Source: Muricomes sp. (GTDB lineage: Bacteria; Bacillota; Clostridia; Lachnospirales; Lachnospiraceae). Taken from it: 53,462 bases of DNA. Where the stretch lies: the NCBI GenBank assembly GCA_020024675.1, contig JAHHTM010000001.1:1-53462 (forward strand), in the 5' to 3' direction. Numbering within the stretch: position 1 is the stretch's first letter; each line of letters begins with the position of its first letter. Made by a program: the position numbers and the translations under genes. Positions 18,235-27,118 of this stretch are shown here, piece after piece. The notes under the pieces were generated by a model that made no database searches, was not told the DNA's origin, and saw nothing but the letters and a program-made list of their open reading frames with translations.

Positions 18235-18298
18235 GACTTGACTTTCATGGCAAGAACATGATACAATGCTCTAGCGAATGGAAGTAGGTCTTTTTTTT
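18235..18298 (+). terminator. large-loop hairpin plus T8 after the capD-like gene
   Basis: GACTT(g)ACTTTCAT (18235-18248) pairs with ATGGAAGTAGGTC (18278-18290) around a 29-nt loop, followed by TTTTTTTT (18291-18298). Confidence 0.4.
18238..18267 (+). promoter_or_regulatory. sigma-A promoter for rpmG-secE-nusG
   Basis: TTGACT (18238-18243), 18-nt spacer, TGaTACAAT extended -10 (18259-18267). Confidence 0.5.
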
Positions 18299-18371
18299 AT
18301 GCCTAAAAATTTGATGGCTTCGCAACCATCATGTAACACGAAGTTAATAAAAAAAAAGCGAGGTGGAAGTT

Positions 18372-18521
18372 GTGCGCACAAGAATCACATTGGAATGTAC
18401 AGAATGCAAAAATCGTAACTACAATATGACAAAGGATAAGAAATCTCATCCTGAGCGTATGGAAACTAAAAAATATTGCAAATTCTGCAAATCTCACACA
18501 CTGCACAAAGAGACAAAATAG
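18372..18521 (+). CDS. rpmG: 50S ribosomal protein L33 (zinc-ribbon C+ form)
   Basis: Absent from the ORF track (49 aa). A GTG start after AGGTGGAAG gives [49 protein letters not shown]. CxxC...CxxC is present. Canonical position before secE. Confidence 0.9.
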   Translation: MRTRITLECTECKNRNYNMTKDKKSHPERMETKKYCKFCKSHTLHKETK

Positions 18522-18542
18522 TCGTTGGAAGGAGTGGATGTC

Positions 18543-18743
18543 ATGAGTGAAAAAACAACCAAGACTCAGAAGAAAAGCTGGTTTAAAGGTTTAAAGGCTG
18601 AGTTTAACAAGGTTATTTGGCCAGACAAGAACACACTTGCAAAACAGACTACAGCAGTTGTCTCAGTTTCAATATTACTTGGAGCATTGATCACAGTTAT
18701 CGATGCAGTCTTAAAGTATGGAATTGATTTTCTGGTCAGATAA
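18543..18743 (+). CDS. secE: preprotein translocase subunit SecE
   Basis: 66-aa protein with WFKGLKAEFNKVIWP and a single C-terminal TM helix. GGAAGGAG RBS. rpmG-secE-nusG synteny. Confidence 0.85.
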   Translation: MSEKTTKTQKKSWFKGLKAEFNKVIWPDKNTLAKQTTAVVSVSILLGALITVIDAVLKYGIDFLVR

Positions 18744-18767
18744 CAGGCCAGACAGAAAGGTGATTTT

Positions 18768-19286
18768 ATGTCAGAGGCAAAATGGTATGTAGTTCATACT
18801 TATTCTGGGTATGAAAACAAAGTAAAAGCGAATATTGATAAGGCGATTGAAAACCGTCACCTGGAAGAGCAGATTCTTGAGGTACGTGTTCCTATGCAGG
18901 AAGTTGTTGAACTTAAAAATGGAGTTCAAAAAGCAAGCCAGAAGAAAATGTTTCCAGGGTATGTCATGATACACATGATCATGAATGATGACACATGGTA
19001 TGTAGTTCGTAATACCAGAGGAGTCACCGGATTTGTCGGACCAGGATCAAAACCGGTTCCACTTGAAGAGGATGAGATGTTAAGACTTGGAATAAGTGAA
19101 GAACATATTTTCTCAGACTTTGAGATTGGTGACATGGTATCTGTGTTGAGCGGTGCCTGGGAAGGAACTGTCGGTGTAGTTCAGTCGCTGAACGAACAGA
19201 AACAGAGCTTGTGCATCAATGTTGAGTTATTCGGGCGTGAGACGCCTGTAGAGCTTGACTTTGCAGAAGTAAAAAAGATGGATTAA
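18768..19286 (+). CDS. nusG: transcription termination/antitermination factor NusG
   Basis: KWYVVHTYSGYENKV NGN domain and a C-terminal KOW (GDMVSVLSGAWEGTVGVV). Confidence 0.95.
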   Translation: MSEAKWYVVHTYSGYENKVKANIDKAIENRHLEEQILEVRVPMQEVVELKNGVQKASQKKMFPGYVMIHMIMNDDTWYVVRNTRGVTGFVGPGSKPVPLEEDEMLRLGISEEHIFSDFEIGDMVSVLSGAWEGTVGVVQSLNEQKQSLCINVELFGRETPVELDFAEVKKMD

Positions 19287-19292
19287 AAAACC

Positions 19293-19331
19293 GTGGGAGG
19301 GACGGTTTGTCCCGCCAATACCACAAGGAGG
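19293..19331 (+). promoter_or_regulatory. putative L1-binding mRNA element (23S rRNA L1-stalk mimic) ahead of rplK
   Basis: GTGG-GA-GGGAC-ggttt-GTCCC-GCCAATA-CCAC followed directly by AAGGAGG. The fold is a helix, an asymmetric internal loop and a second helix. Confidence 0.55.
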
Positions 19332-19340
19332 TAATTAAAA

Positions 19341-19766
19341 ATGGCAAAAAAAGTAGAAGGATATATTAAATTACAGATTCCAGCTGGAAAAGCAACTCCA
19401 GCACCACCGGTTGGTCCTGCACTTGGACAGCATGGTGTAAATATCGTTGAATTTACAAAACAGTTCAACGCAAGAACAGCAGATCAGGGTGGAATGCTCA
19501 TTCCTGTTATTATTACAGTATACAATGACAGAAGCTTCAGCTTCGTTACAAAAACACCACCAGCAGCAGTTCTTATTAAGAAAGCTTGTAATCTTAAGTC
19601 AGGATCAAGTGTTCCTAACAAGAACAAAGTTGCAACAATCACAAAAGCTCAGGTAGAAGAAATCGCTAATACAAAGATGCCAGACTTAAACGCTGCAACA
19701 ATTGAAGCAGCTATGAGCATGGTTGAAGGTACATGCCGCTCTATGGGAGTAACAGTTGTAGAATAA
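19341..19766 (+). CDS. rplK: 50S ribosomal protein L11
   Basis: [35 protein letters not shown]. Confidence 0.97.
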   Translation: MAKKVEGYIKLQIPAGKATPAPPVGPALGQHGVNIVEFTKQFNARTADQGGMLIPVIITVYNDRSFSFVTKTPPAAVLIKKACNLKSGSSVPNKNKVATITKAQVEEIANTKMPDLNAATIEAAMSMVEGTCRSMGVTVVE

Positions 19767-19793
19767 TACGATCACTTAACGAAGTTGAATTAA

Positions 19794-19831
19794 GTGGGAG
19801 GGGATAAGTTCCCGCCAATACCACAAGGAGG
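19794..19831 (+). promoter_or_regulatory. second copy of the putative L1-binding element, ahead of rplA
   Basis: GTGG-GA-GGGGA-taag-TTCCC-GCCAATA-CCAC-AAGGAGG. The 3' 22 nt are identical to the copy at 19311-19332, and the apical helix differs by compensatory changes. Confidence 0.55.
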
Positions 19832-19840
19832 TTATTTTAA

Positions 19841-20533
19841 ATGAAACACGGAAAGAAATATATCGAAGCTTCTAAATTAATCGAAAGAGGAAATCTTTAC
19901 GAAAAAGAAGAAGCAGTTGCATTAGTTAAAAAATCAGCAGTAGCTAAATTTGATGAGACAATCGAAGCTCATATCAGAACAGGTTGTGATGGACGTCACG
20001 CTGACCAGCAGATTCGTGGTGCAGTTGTACTTCCACACGGAACAGGTAAAAAAGTTCGTATCCTTGTATTTGCTAAAGATGCAAAAGCTGAAGAAGCTTT
20101 AGCAGCTGGAGCAGATTACGTTGGAGGACAGGAACTGATTCCTAAGATCCAGAACGAAGGATGGTTCGAGTTCGATGTTGTTGTTGCTACACCAGACATG
20201 ATGGGAGTTGTTGGACGTCTTGGTCGTGTACTTGGACCAAAAGGTCTTATGCCAAACCCAAAAGCTGGTACAGTTACTATGGACGTAACAAAAGCAATCA
20301 ACGATATCAAAGCTGGTAAGATTGAGTACAGATTGGACAAAACAAACATTATCCATGTACCAGTTGGTAAAGCTTCCTTTACTGAGGAGCAGTTAGCGGA
20401 CAACTTCCAGACGCTTATTGATGCAATTCTTAAAGCTAAACCAGCAGCTGTTAAAGGTCAGTACTTAAAGAGCGTTACACTGACATCTACAATGGGACCT
20501 GGTGTTAAGGTTAACCCAATGAAACTTGCTTAA
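19841..20533 (+). CDS. rplA: 50S ribosomal protein L1
   Basis: MKHGKKY..., [45 protein letters not shown]. Confidence 0.97.
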   Translation: MKHGKKYIEASKLIERGNLYEKEEAVALVKKSAVAKFDETIEAHIRTGCDGRHADQQIRGAVVLPHGTGKKVRILVFAKDAKAEEALAAGADYVGGQELIPKIQNEGWFEFDVVVATPDMMGVVGRLGRVLGPKGLMPNPKAGTVTMDVTKAINDIKAGKIEYRLDKTNIIHVPVGKASFTEEQLADNFQTLIDAILKAKPAAVKGQYLKSVTLTSTMGPGVKVNPMKLA

Positions 20534-20570
20534 GTTTTTGTAGACAGCGAGAGAATTCAAAAAATATATA

Positions 20571-20617
20571 AAACTGCTGTGTTCAGAGGAGCTGAATCTG
20601 AGTACAGCAGTTTTTTT
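20571..20617 (+). terminator. rho-independent terminator after rplA
   Basis: Long stem AAACTGTGTGTTCAG-type: ACTGCTGT (20573-20580) pairs with ACAGCAGT (20604-20611) plus inner pairs, followed by T7. Confidence 0.75.
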
Positions 20618-20636
20618 AGAAAAATAAAAAATAGTA

Positions 20637-20665
20637 TTGACAAACTATTAAAGAGATGTTAATGT
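20637..20665 (+). promoter_or_regulatory. candidate rplJL promoter
   Basis: TTGACA (20637-20642), 17-nt spacer, weak -10 TAATGT (20660-20665). Confidence 0.4.
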
Positions 20666-20671
20666 AATAAA

Positions 20672-20795
20672 GCAATTGACTGCCGAAGACAGCAGGTGCC
20701 GTAAGGCGTAAGGTAAAAACACCTGCCGAGGAAGATCAGAATTCTAATTTATGAATTTTTGAACTTTCATGTTTTCGGACATGGAAGTTTTTTTG
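20672..20795 (+). promoter_or_regulatory. ribosomal protein L10 leader (L10/L12-responsive attenuator)
   Basis: GACTGCCGAAGACAGCAGGTG...CACCTGCCGAGG core typical of Firmicute rplJ leaders. It ends in the hairpin CTTTCATG/CATGGAAG (20764-20787) plus T7, just upstream of rplJ. Confidence 0.65.
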
Positions 20796-20838
20796 TTTGG
20801 CAGTACACGCACAATAAAATAAGGAGGTGTACCTAAAC

Positions 20839-21366
20839 GTGGCAAAAGTTGAATTAAAACAACCAATCGTTGAGAAAATTTCAGAAGAGATCAAAGACGC
20901 TCAGTCTGTTGTTCTTGTTGACTACCGTGGATTAACAGTAGCTCAGGATACAGAGCTTCGTAAACAGCTCAGAGAAGCAGGTGTTGTATACAAAGTATAC
21001 AAAAACACTATGATGAAGAGAGCTTTTGAAGGAACTGAATTTGAAGGACTTACAGAATGTCTGGAAGGACCAAGCGCAATCGCTATTTCTAAAGATGATG
21101 CGACAGCACCAGCAAGAATCATCTGTGACTTTGCTAAAACTGCAGATAAACTTGAATTAAAAGGTGGTGTAGTTGAAGGAACAGTATATGACGTTGCAGG
21201 TCTTACAGAAGTTTCTAAGATTCCATCAAGAGACGTATTACTTTCCAGATTACTTGGAAGCATGCAGTCACCTATTACCAATTTTGCTCGTGTTATTAAG
21301 CAGATTGCAGAAAAAGACGGCGAAGCAGCTCCAGTAGAGGAAGCAGCAGAGACAACTGCTGAATAA
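20839..21366 (+). CDS. rplJ: 50S ribosomal protein L10
   Basis: GTG 20839 lies 11 nt after AAGGAGG and gives (M)AKVELKQPIVEKISEEIKDAQSVVLVDYRGLTVAQ. Confidence 0.95.
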   Translation: MAKVELKQPIVEKISEEIKDAQSVVLVDYRGLTVAQDTELRKQLREAGVVYKVYKNTMMKRAFEGTEFEGLTECLEGPSAIAISKDDATAPARIICDFAKTADKLELKGGVVEGTVYDVAGLTEVSKIPSRDVLLSRLLGSMQSPITNFARVIKQIAEKDGEAAPVEEAAETTAE

Positions 21367-21459
21367 GCAAAACAATGAAGTCTTACCAAAGGTAAGCAAA
21401 AGAAAAATATTAAATGCAGGATGAAGAAATCCTGAAATAAGTTAATGGAGGATATTATA

Positions 21460-21837
21460 ATGGCTAAATTGACAACAGCTGAAATGATTGAAGCAATCAA
21501 AGAGTTATCAGTATTAGAATTAAATGAATTAGTAAAAGCTTGTGAAGAAGAATTCGGTGTATCTGCAGCAGCAGGTGTTGTAGTTGCAGCAGCAGCTGGA
21601 GACGGCGCAGCAGCAGCAGCTGAGAAAGATGAGTTCGATGTAGAATTAGTTTCTGCAGGAGCATCTAAAGTTAAAGTTATCAAAGTTGTTCGTGAAATCA
21701 CAGGACTTGGACTTAAAGAAGCTAAAGAAGTAGTTGACGGAGCTCCAAAGGTAGTTAAAGAAGGTGTTTCTAAAGCAGAAGCTGAAGAAATCAAAGCTAA
21801 ACTTGAAGAGCAGGGAGCAGAAGTTAACCTTAAATAA
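21460..21837 (+). CDS. rplL: 50S ribosomal protein L7/L12
   Basis: [38 protein letters not shown], Ala-rich hinge, and C-terminal [25 protein letters not shown]. Confidence 0.95.
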   Translation: MAKLTTAEMIEAIKELSVLELNELVKACEEEFGVSAAAGVVVAAAAGDGAAAAAEKDEFDVELVSAGASKVKVIKVVREITGLGLKEAKEVVDGAPKVVKEGVSKAEAEEIKAKLEEQGAEVNLK

Positions 21838-21860
21838 TCTGGTTATTATGCTTATTTTAG

Positions 21861-21893
21861 AAGAGACATTGCGCACTGCAGTGTCTCTTTTTG
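21861..21893 (+). terminator. rho-independent terminator after rplL
   Basis: 11-bp stem (AGAGACATTGC / GCAGTGTCTCT) with a 5-nt loop, followed by TTTTT. Confidence 0.75.
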
Positions 21894-21914
21894 TTAATGA
21901 AGGACGTTATGAAT

Positions 21915-23093
21915 ATGGAAGGTATTAGTTCTAAAGTTGTTGAGCTGACAAAACAGCTTGTAAATATAGAGAGTACAAATCCGGGAAGCTATGAAAAAGA
22001 AATATCTGATTTTATCTGCGGTTACTTTGCAAAAAATGAAATCAAGGCAGAAAAATCAGAAGTCTGGCCGGGCCGGTGCAATGTGCGTGCAATTCTTCCA
22101 GGAAAAACAAAAGGACCGGCGCTTGTCTTTATCTGTCATATGGATACAGTTGTAAAGGGTGATAGATGGACAAAAAAAGCATTTGCTGTAGAAGAAACAA
22201 AAGACAGATTGTATGGCAGGGGATCTTGTGACATGAAATCTGGACTTGCATGTGCTTTGAGCATATTTACAGATACGGCAAAAAAAATAAAAAACGAACA
22301 TGTTTCTCTGAAAAGCCCACTCGTTTTTATCGGAACGGTGGATGAAGAAGGAGATATGACTGGTGTTGAAAAAGTAATCATGGATGGCTGGGTGTCAAAA
22401 GAGGATCTGATCGTAGACATGGAACCTACAGATGGACAGATTCAGATGGCGCATAAAGGCAGAACCTGGTTTGAGATAGAAATAAAAGGAGTAACAGCCC
22501 ATGCTAGCATGCCGGAAAAAGGCGCAGATGCGATTGCGGGAATGGCAGAAGTTATTTCTTACATTAGAAAACAAATCCAAATTTGTCCGATACATTCGGA
22601 ACTTGGGAAATCTACAGTTACGTTCGGCATGATAAAAGGTGGATATAGTCCATATGTTGTTCCGGATTGCTGTAAACTTACAATAGACATGAGACTTGTA
22701 CCACCAATGAGTACGCAAAAAGCGGAAGAACTTGTAAAAGATGCAATTCAATTTGGTGAAGAAGAAGTTCAAGGAATAAAATGTAACTATAAAATAACAG
22801 GTGATCGACCGCCGGTTGAAACACATATGGATTCTCCGCTTATGAAAAAGCTTATAAAAGCGGTAGAAGAAGTTACGAAGAGTCCTGCAAAAGTTTCCGC
22901 TTTTCCGGGATATACCGATACGGCAGTTATAGCTGGAAAGCTTCTTAATAAAAACTGTATGTCTTATGGTCCGGGTAAGTTAAAACTGGCGCATAAACCA
23001 GATGAATATGTGGATAAAGCGGATATAGAAAGATGTTATAAGGTTTTTGAGAAATTAGTTGAAAACATATTGACAGAAAGAAGAGCTTTGTGA
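21915..23093 (+). CDS. M20-family metallopeptidase (ArgE/DapE/acetylornithine deacetylase-like)
   Basis: ALVFICHMDTV, GRGSCDMKSG, VDEEGD and a C-terminal dimerisation-domain pattern. Start ambiguous (21891/21897/21909/21915). Confidence 0.8.
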   Translation: MEGISSKVVELTKQLVNIESTNPGSYEKEISDFICGYFAKNEIKAEKSEVWPGRCNVRAILPGKTKGPALVFICHMDTVVKGDRWTKKAFAVEETKDRLYGRGSCDMKSGLACALSIFTDTAKKIKNEHVSLKSPLVFIGTVDEEGDMTGVEKVIMDGWVSKEDLIVDMEPTDGQIQMAHKGRTWFEIEIKGVTAHASMPEKGADAIAGMAEVISYIRKQIQICPIHSELGKSTVTFGMIKGGYSPYVVPDCCKLTIDMRLVPPMSTQKAEELVKDAIQFGEEEVQGIKCNYKITGDRPPVETHMDSPLMKKLIKAVEEVTKSPAKVSAFPGYTDTAVIAGKLLNKNCMSYGPGKLKLAHKPDEYVDKADIERCYKVFEKLVENILTERRAL

Positions 23094-23099
23094 TATAGT
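23070..23099 (+). promoter_or_regulatory. candidate rpoBC promoter inside the 3' end of the M20 gene
   Basis: TTGACA (23070-23075), 18-nt spacer, TATAGT (23094-23099). An alternative is TTGTGA-17-TATTAT at 23088-23116. Confidence 0.45.
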
Positions 23100-23249
23100 A
23101 AAAAATGCACTATTATGGAAAGGTATGCCATTGTAGTGACGGTTTTACGTCACAAGGCTCTTTCCAGATTTTACTGAAATTTAGTAGAAAACGGAGTATT
23201 TTGGGCAGCCTGGGGGCCCGCTAAAAAATAAATGAGGAGTGAAATGTCA

Positions 23250-26200
23250 ATGGAGAAAAACAGAATTCGTCCCATCACAAACGGAAAAAGCATGCGCATG
23301 AGCTATTCCAGACAAAAAGAAGTATTAGAGATGCCGAATCTTATCGAAGTTCAGAAAGACTCTTATCAGTGGTTTCTGGATGAAGGTTTGAAAGAGGTAT
23401 TTGACGATATTTCCCCAATCACAGACTTTAGTGGTCATTTAAGTCTGGAATTTGTTGACTTCAAACTGTGCGAAGATGACGTGAAGTACACAATTGAAGA
23501 GTGTAAAGAGCGTGATGCAACTTATGCAGCACCGTTGAAAGTCAAAGTGAGACTTTACAACAAAGATAACGATGAAATTAATGAACATGAGATCTTTATG
23601 GGAGATCTTCCAATCATGACAAAAACAGGTACCTTTGTTATCAATGGTGCAGAGCGTGTTATTGTCAGCCAGCTGGTACGTTCCCCTGGTATTTACTACG
23701 GAATCGCACACGATAAGCTTGGTAAAAAACTTTATTCATCAACTGTTATTCCAAACCGTGGTGCATGGCTGGAATACGAAACTGACTCCAATGATGTTTT
23801 TTACGTTCGTGTAGATAGAACCAGAAAGGTACCTATCACAGTTCTTATCCGTGCTCTCGGTATTGGAACAAATGCAGAGATCATCGAATTGTTTGGTGAA
23901 GAACCTAAGATCCTTGCAAGTTTTGGTAAAGATACAGCTGAAAACTATCACGAAGGTTTATTAGAGTTATATAAGAAAATTCGTCCGGGTGAGCCACTTG
24001 CAGTAGAAAGCGCTGAAAGCCTTATTACAAGTATGTTCTTTGACCCAAGACGTTATGATCTTGCAAAAGTCGGACGTTATAAATTTAATAAAAAACTTGC
24101 TCTTAAAAACCGTGTTACAGGTCGCGTTCTTGCAGAAGATGTGGTAAATACTTCTACAGGTGAGATCGTAGCTGAAGCAGGTACAAAGATTACAAGAGCA
24201 ATTGCAAATGACATTCAGAATGCCGGAGTACCGTACTTATGGGTAGAAGGAGAAGAAGAACGTAACATCAAGATCCTTTCTAACATGATGGTAGATCTGA
24301 ATGCAGTTGTGGACATTGATCCAGAAGAAGTAGGAGTGACAGAGCAGGTATACTATCCTGTACTTGCAGGCCTGATCGAAGAGTCAGCAGGAGATATCGA
24401 GGAATTAAAAGCACTTATCAAGAGAGATATTCATGACTTGATTCCAAAACATATTACAAAAGAAGATATCTTGGCGTCTATCAACTACAATATCCATTTG
24501 GAATATGGTATCGGTAATGATGATGATATCGATCACTTAGGTAACAGACGTATTCGTGCTGTAGGAGAACTTCTCCAGAATCAGTACAGAATCGGTTTAT
24601 CAAGACTTGAGAGAGTTGTTCGTGAAAGAATGACTACACAGGATCAGGACAACATTTCTCCACAGTCATTAATTAACATCAAACCTGTTACTGCAGCTGT
24701 GAAAGAATTCTTTGGTTCTTCTCAGTTATCACAGTTCATGGATCAGAACAACCCACTTGGAGAGCTGACTCATAAGAGACGTCTTTCAGCATTAGGACCT
24801 GGCGGTCTTTCAAGAGATCGTGCCGGATTCGAGGTTCGAGACGTACATGATTCACATTATGGAAGTATGTGCCCAATCGAGACTCCTGAAGGTCCAAACA
24901 TCGGACTTATCAACTCTCTGGCAACATATGCAAGAATTAATCAGTATGGTTTTATTGAAGCTCCATACCGTAAGATTGATAAATCAAATCCGGAAAACCC
25001 TGTCGTAACAGAAGAAGTTGTTTACATGACAGCCGATGAAGAAGATAACTATCACGTAGCACAGGCCAATGAGGCTCTTGATGAAGAAGGACACTTCATC
25101 CGTAAAAATGTTTCAGGTCGTTATCGTGAAGAGACACAGGAATACGAAAGAAGTAAATTTGATTACATGGACGTGTCTCCAAAGATGGTATTCTCAGTTG
25201 CTACAGCAATGATTCCTTTCCTTGAAAACGATGATGCCAACCGTGCGCTCATGGGATCAAACATGCAGCGTCAGGCAGTGCCGCTTCTTACAACAGAAGC
25301 TCCAGTTGTTGGAACAGGTATGGAAGTAAAAGCTGCTGTCGATTCAGGGGTTTGTGTTGTGGCTGAAGAAGCCGGAACTGTAGAGCGCTCTACATCTACA
25401 GACATCACAATCAAAGAAGATAATGGTACAAGAAAAACATATAAACTTACAAAATTCTTAAGAAGTAACCAGAGTACATGTTACAATCAGCGCCCAATCG
25501 TAAATAAGGGTGAGCATGTAGAAAAAGGACAGGTTATTGCAGACGGTCCATCTACAGCAAATGGTGAAATGGCACTTGGTAAGAACCCATTGATCGGTTT
25601 CATGACATGGGAAGGTTACAACTACGAGGATGCTGTACTTTTAAGTGAAAGACTTGTACAGGATGATGTGTACACATCTGTTCATATTGAAGAATACGAA
25701 GCAGAAGCTCGTGATACAAAATTAGGACCTGAAGAGATTACAAGAGATATTCCAGGTGTTGGAGATGAAGCACTTAAAGATTTGGATGACAGAGGTATCA
25801 TCCGTATTGGTGCGGAAGTTCGCGCAGGAGATATTCTTGTTGGTAAAGTGACTCCTAAGGGAGAAACAGAGCTTACAGCAGAAGAGAGACTTCTTCGTGC
25901 AATCTTCGGTGAAAAAGCAAGAGAAGTAAGAGATACTTCATTGAAAGTACCTCATGGTGAATATGGTATCGTTGTTGATGCAAAAGTATTTACAAGAGAA
26001 AATGGTGATGAATTATCTCCAGGAGTTAACCAGGCAGTTCGTATTTACATCGCTCAGAAGAGAAAAATCTCTGTTGGTGATAAAATGGCCGGACGTCATG
26101 GTAACAAGGGTGTTGTTTCCCGTGTACTTCCAGTAGAAGATATGCCATATCTTCCAAATGGTCGTCCGCTGGATATCGTACTTAACCCACTTGGTGTACC

Positions 26201-27104
26201 TTCACGTATGAACATTGGACAGGTACTTGAGATCCATTTAAGTCTTGCTTCTAAGGCACTTGGATTTAACATTGCAACACCAGTATTCGATGGTGCAAAC
26301 GAGGTTGACATCATGGATACCCTTGATCTTGCAAATGATTATGTAAATCTTGAATGGGATGAATTCGAAGCAAAACATGGAGAAGAACTTCTTCCGGAAG
26401 TGCTTCAGTATCTCTCAGACAATAGAGAACATAGAAAACTCTGGAAGGGAGTTCCACTTTCTAGAGATGGTAAAGTTCGTTTAAGAGACGGACGCACAGG
26501 AGAATATTTTGACAGTCGTGTAACAATCGGACACATGCATTACCTGAAACTTCATCACCTTGTAGATGATAAGATTCATGCACGTTCAACTGGTCCTTAC
26601 TCACTCGTTACACAGCAGCCACTTGGTGGTAAAGCTCAGTTTGGTGGACAGCGTTTCGGAGAGATGGAGGTTTGGGCACTCGAGGCTTATGGTGCTTCTT
26701 ATACTCTTCAGGAAATTCTGACAGTGAAGTCAGATGATGTAATCGGACGTGTTAAGACATATGAAGCAATCATCAAAGGCGAGAATATTCCAGAACCAGG
26801 TATTCCGGAATCATTCAAGGTACTGTTAAAAGAACTTCAGTCACTGGCACTTGATGTACGTGTACTTCGTGATGACAATACAGAAGTTGAAATCATGGAA
26901 ACAGTAGATTATGGTGATACAGATATCCGTTCTATTATCGAAGGGGACAGACGTAATCATGACCATAAAGAATCTTATGGTGAACATGGATTCACAGAAC
27001 AGGAATTTGTTGGAGAAGAACTTACGGATGTAGAACCTGAAGAGGCTGAGTATGAAGAAGAATCAGCTGAGGACTTTGATGATTATATGAATGATGAAGA
27101 ATAG
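23250..27104 (+). CDS. rpoB: DNA-directed RNA polymerase subunit beta
   Basis: Canonical motifs ([37 protein letters not shown]). GAGGAG RBS 10 nt before ATG 23250 (MEKNRIRP...). Confidence 0.97.
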   Translation: MEKNRIRPITNGKSMRMSYSRQKEVLEMPNLIEVQKDSYQWFLDEGLKEVFDDISPITDFSGHLSLEFVDFKLCEDDVKYTIEECKERDATYAAPLKVKVRLYNKDNDEINEHEIFMGDLPIMTKTGTFVINGAERVIVSQLVRSPGIYYGIAHDKLGKKLYSSTVIPNRGAWLEYETDSNDVFYVRVDRTRKVPITVLIRALGIGTNAEIIELFGEEPKILASFGKDTAENYHEGLLELYKKIRPGEPLAVESAESLITSMFFDPRRYDLAKVGRYKFNKKLALKNRVTGRVLAEDVVNTSTGEIVAEAGTKITRAIANDIQNAGVPYLWVEGEEERNIKILSNMMVDLNAVVDIDPEEVGVTEQVYYPVLAGLIEESAGDIEELKALIKRDIHDLIPKHITKEDILASINYNIHLEYGIGNDDDIDHLGNRRIRAVGELLQNQYRIGLSRLERVVRERMTTQDQDNISPQSLINIKPVTAAVKEFFGSSQLSQFMDQNNPLGELTHKRRLSALGPGGLSRDRAGFEVRDVHDSHYGSMCPIETPEGPNIGLINSLATYARINQYGFIEAPYRKIDKSNPENPVVTEEVVYMTADEEDNYHVAQANEALDEEGHFIRKNVSGRYREETQEYERSKFDYMDVSPKMVFSVATAMIPFLENDDANRALMGSNMQRQAVPLLTTEAPVVGTGMEVKAAVDSGVCVVAEEAGTVERSTSTDITIKEDNGTRKTYKLTKFLRSNQSTCYNQRPIVNKGEHVEKGQVIADGPSTANGEMALGKNPLIGFMTWEGYNYEDAVLLSERLVQDDVYTSVHIEEYEAEARDTKLGPEEITRDIPGVGDEALKDLDDRGIIRIGAEVRAGDILVGKVTPKGETELTAEERLLRAIFGEKAREVRDTSLKVPHGEYGIVVDAKVFTRENGDELSPGVNQAVRIYIAQKRKISVGDKMAGRHGNKGVVSRVLPVEDMPYLPNGRPLDIVLNPLGVPSRMNIGQVLEIHLSLASKALGFNIATPVFDGANEVDIMDTLDLANDYVNLEWDEFEAKHGEELLPEVLQYLSDNREHRKLWKGVPLSRDGKVRLRDGRTGEYFDSRVTIGHMHYLKLHHLVDDKIHARSTGPYSLVTQQPLGGKAQFGGQRFGEMEVWALEAYGASYTLQEILTVKSDDVIGRVKTYEAIIKGENIPEPGIPESFKVLLKELQSLALDVRVLRDDNTEVEIMETVDYGDTDIRSIIEGDRRNHDHKESYGEHGFTEQEFVGEELTDVEPEEAEYEEESAEDFDDYMNDEE

Positions 27105-27118
27105 GAGGAGCCGTTTTT

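Noticed and set aside
19341-19841. Exactly 500-nt spacing between the rplK and rplA start codons and their upstream elements
   Set aside because: The round number is coincidental. It simply reflects rplK length plus the spacer, with no tandem-repeat structure in between.
20943-21794. 283-aa minus-strand ORF (Ala/Ser/Thr-rich), the longest unexplained ORF in the track
   Set aside because: It lies entirely antisense to rplJ, the rplJ-rplL spacer and rplL. Its low-complexity composition is the mirror of the Ala/Glu-rich L10/L12 coding sequence. It has no RBS and the sense genes are unambiguous.
24700-24900. RpoB rifampicin-resistance region, the longer RpoB (1284 aa) and its acidic C-terminal tail
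   Set aside because: Cluster I reads [27 protein letters not shown], wild type at the D516/H526/S531 equivalents. The extra length comes from lineage-typical insertions and an acidic tail common in Clostridia, so it is not evidently novel.
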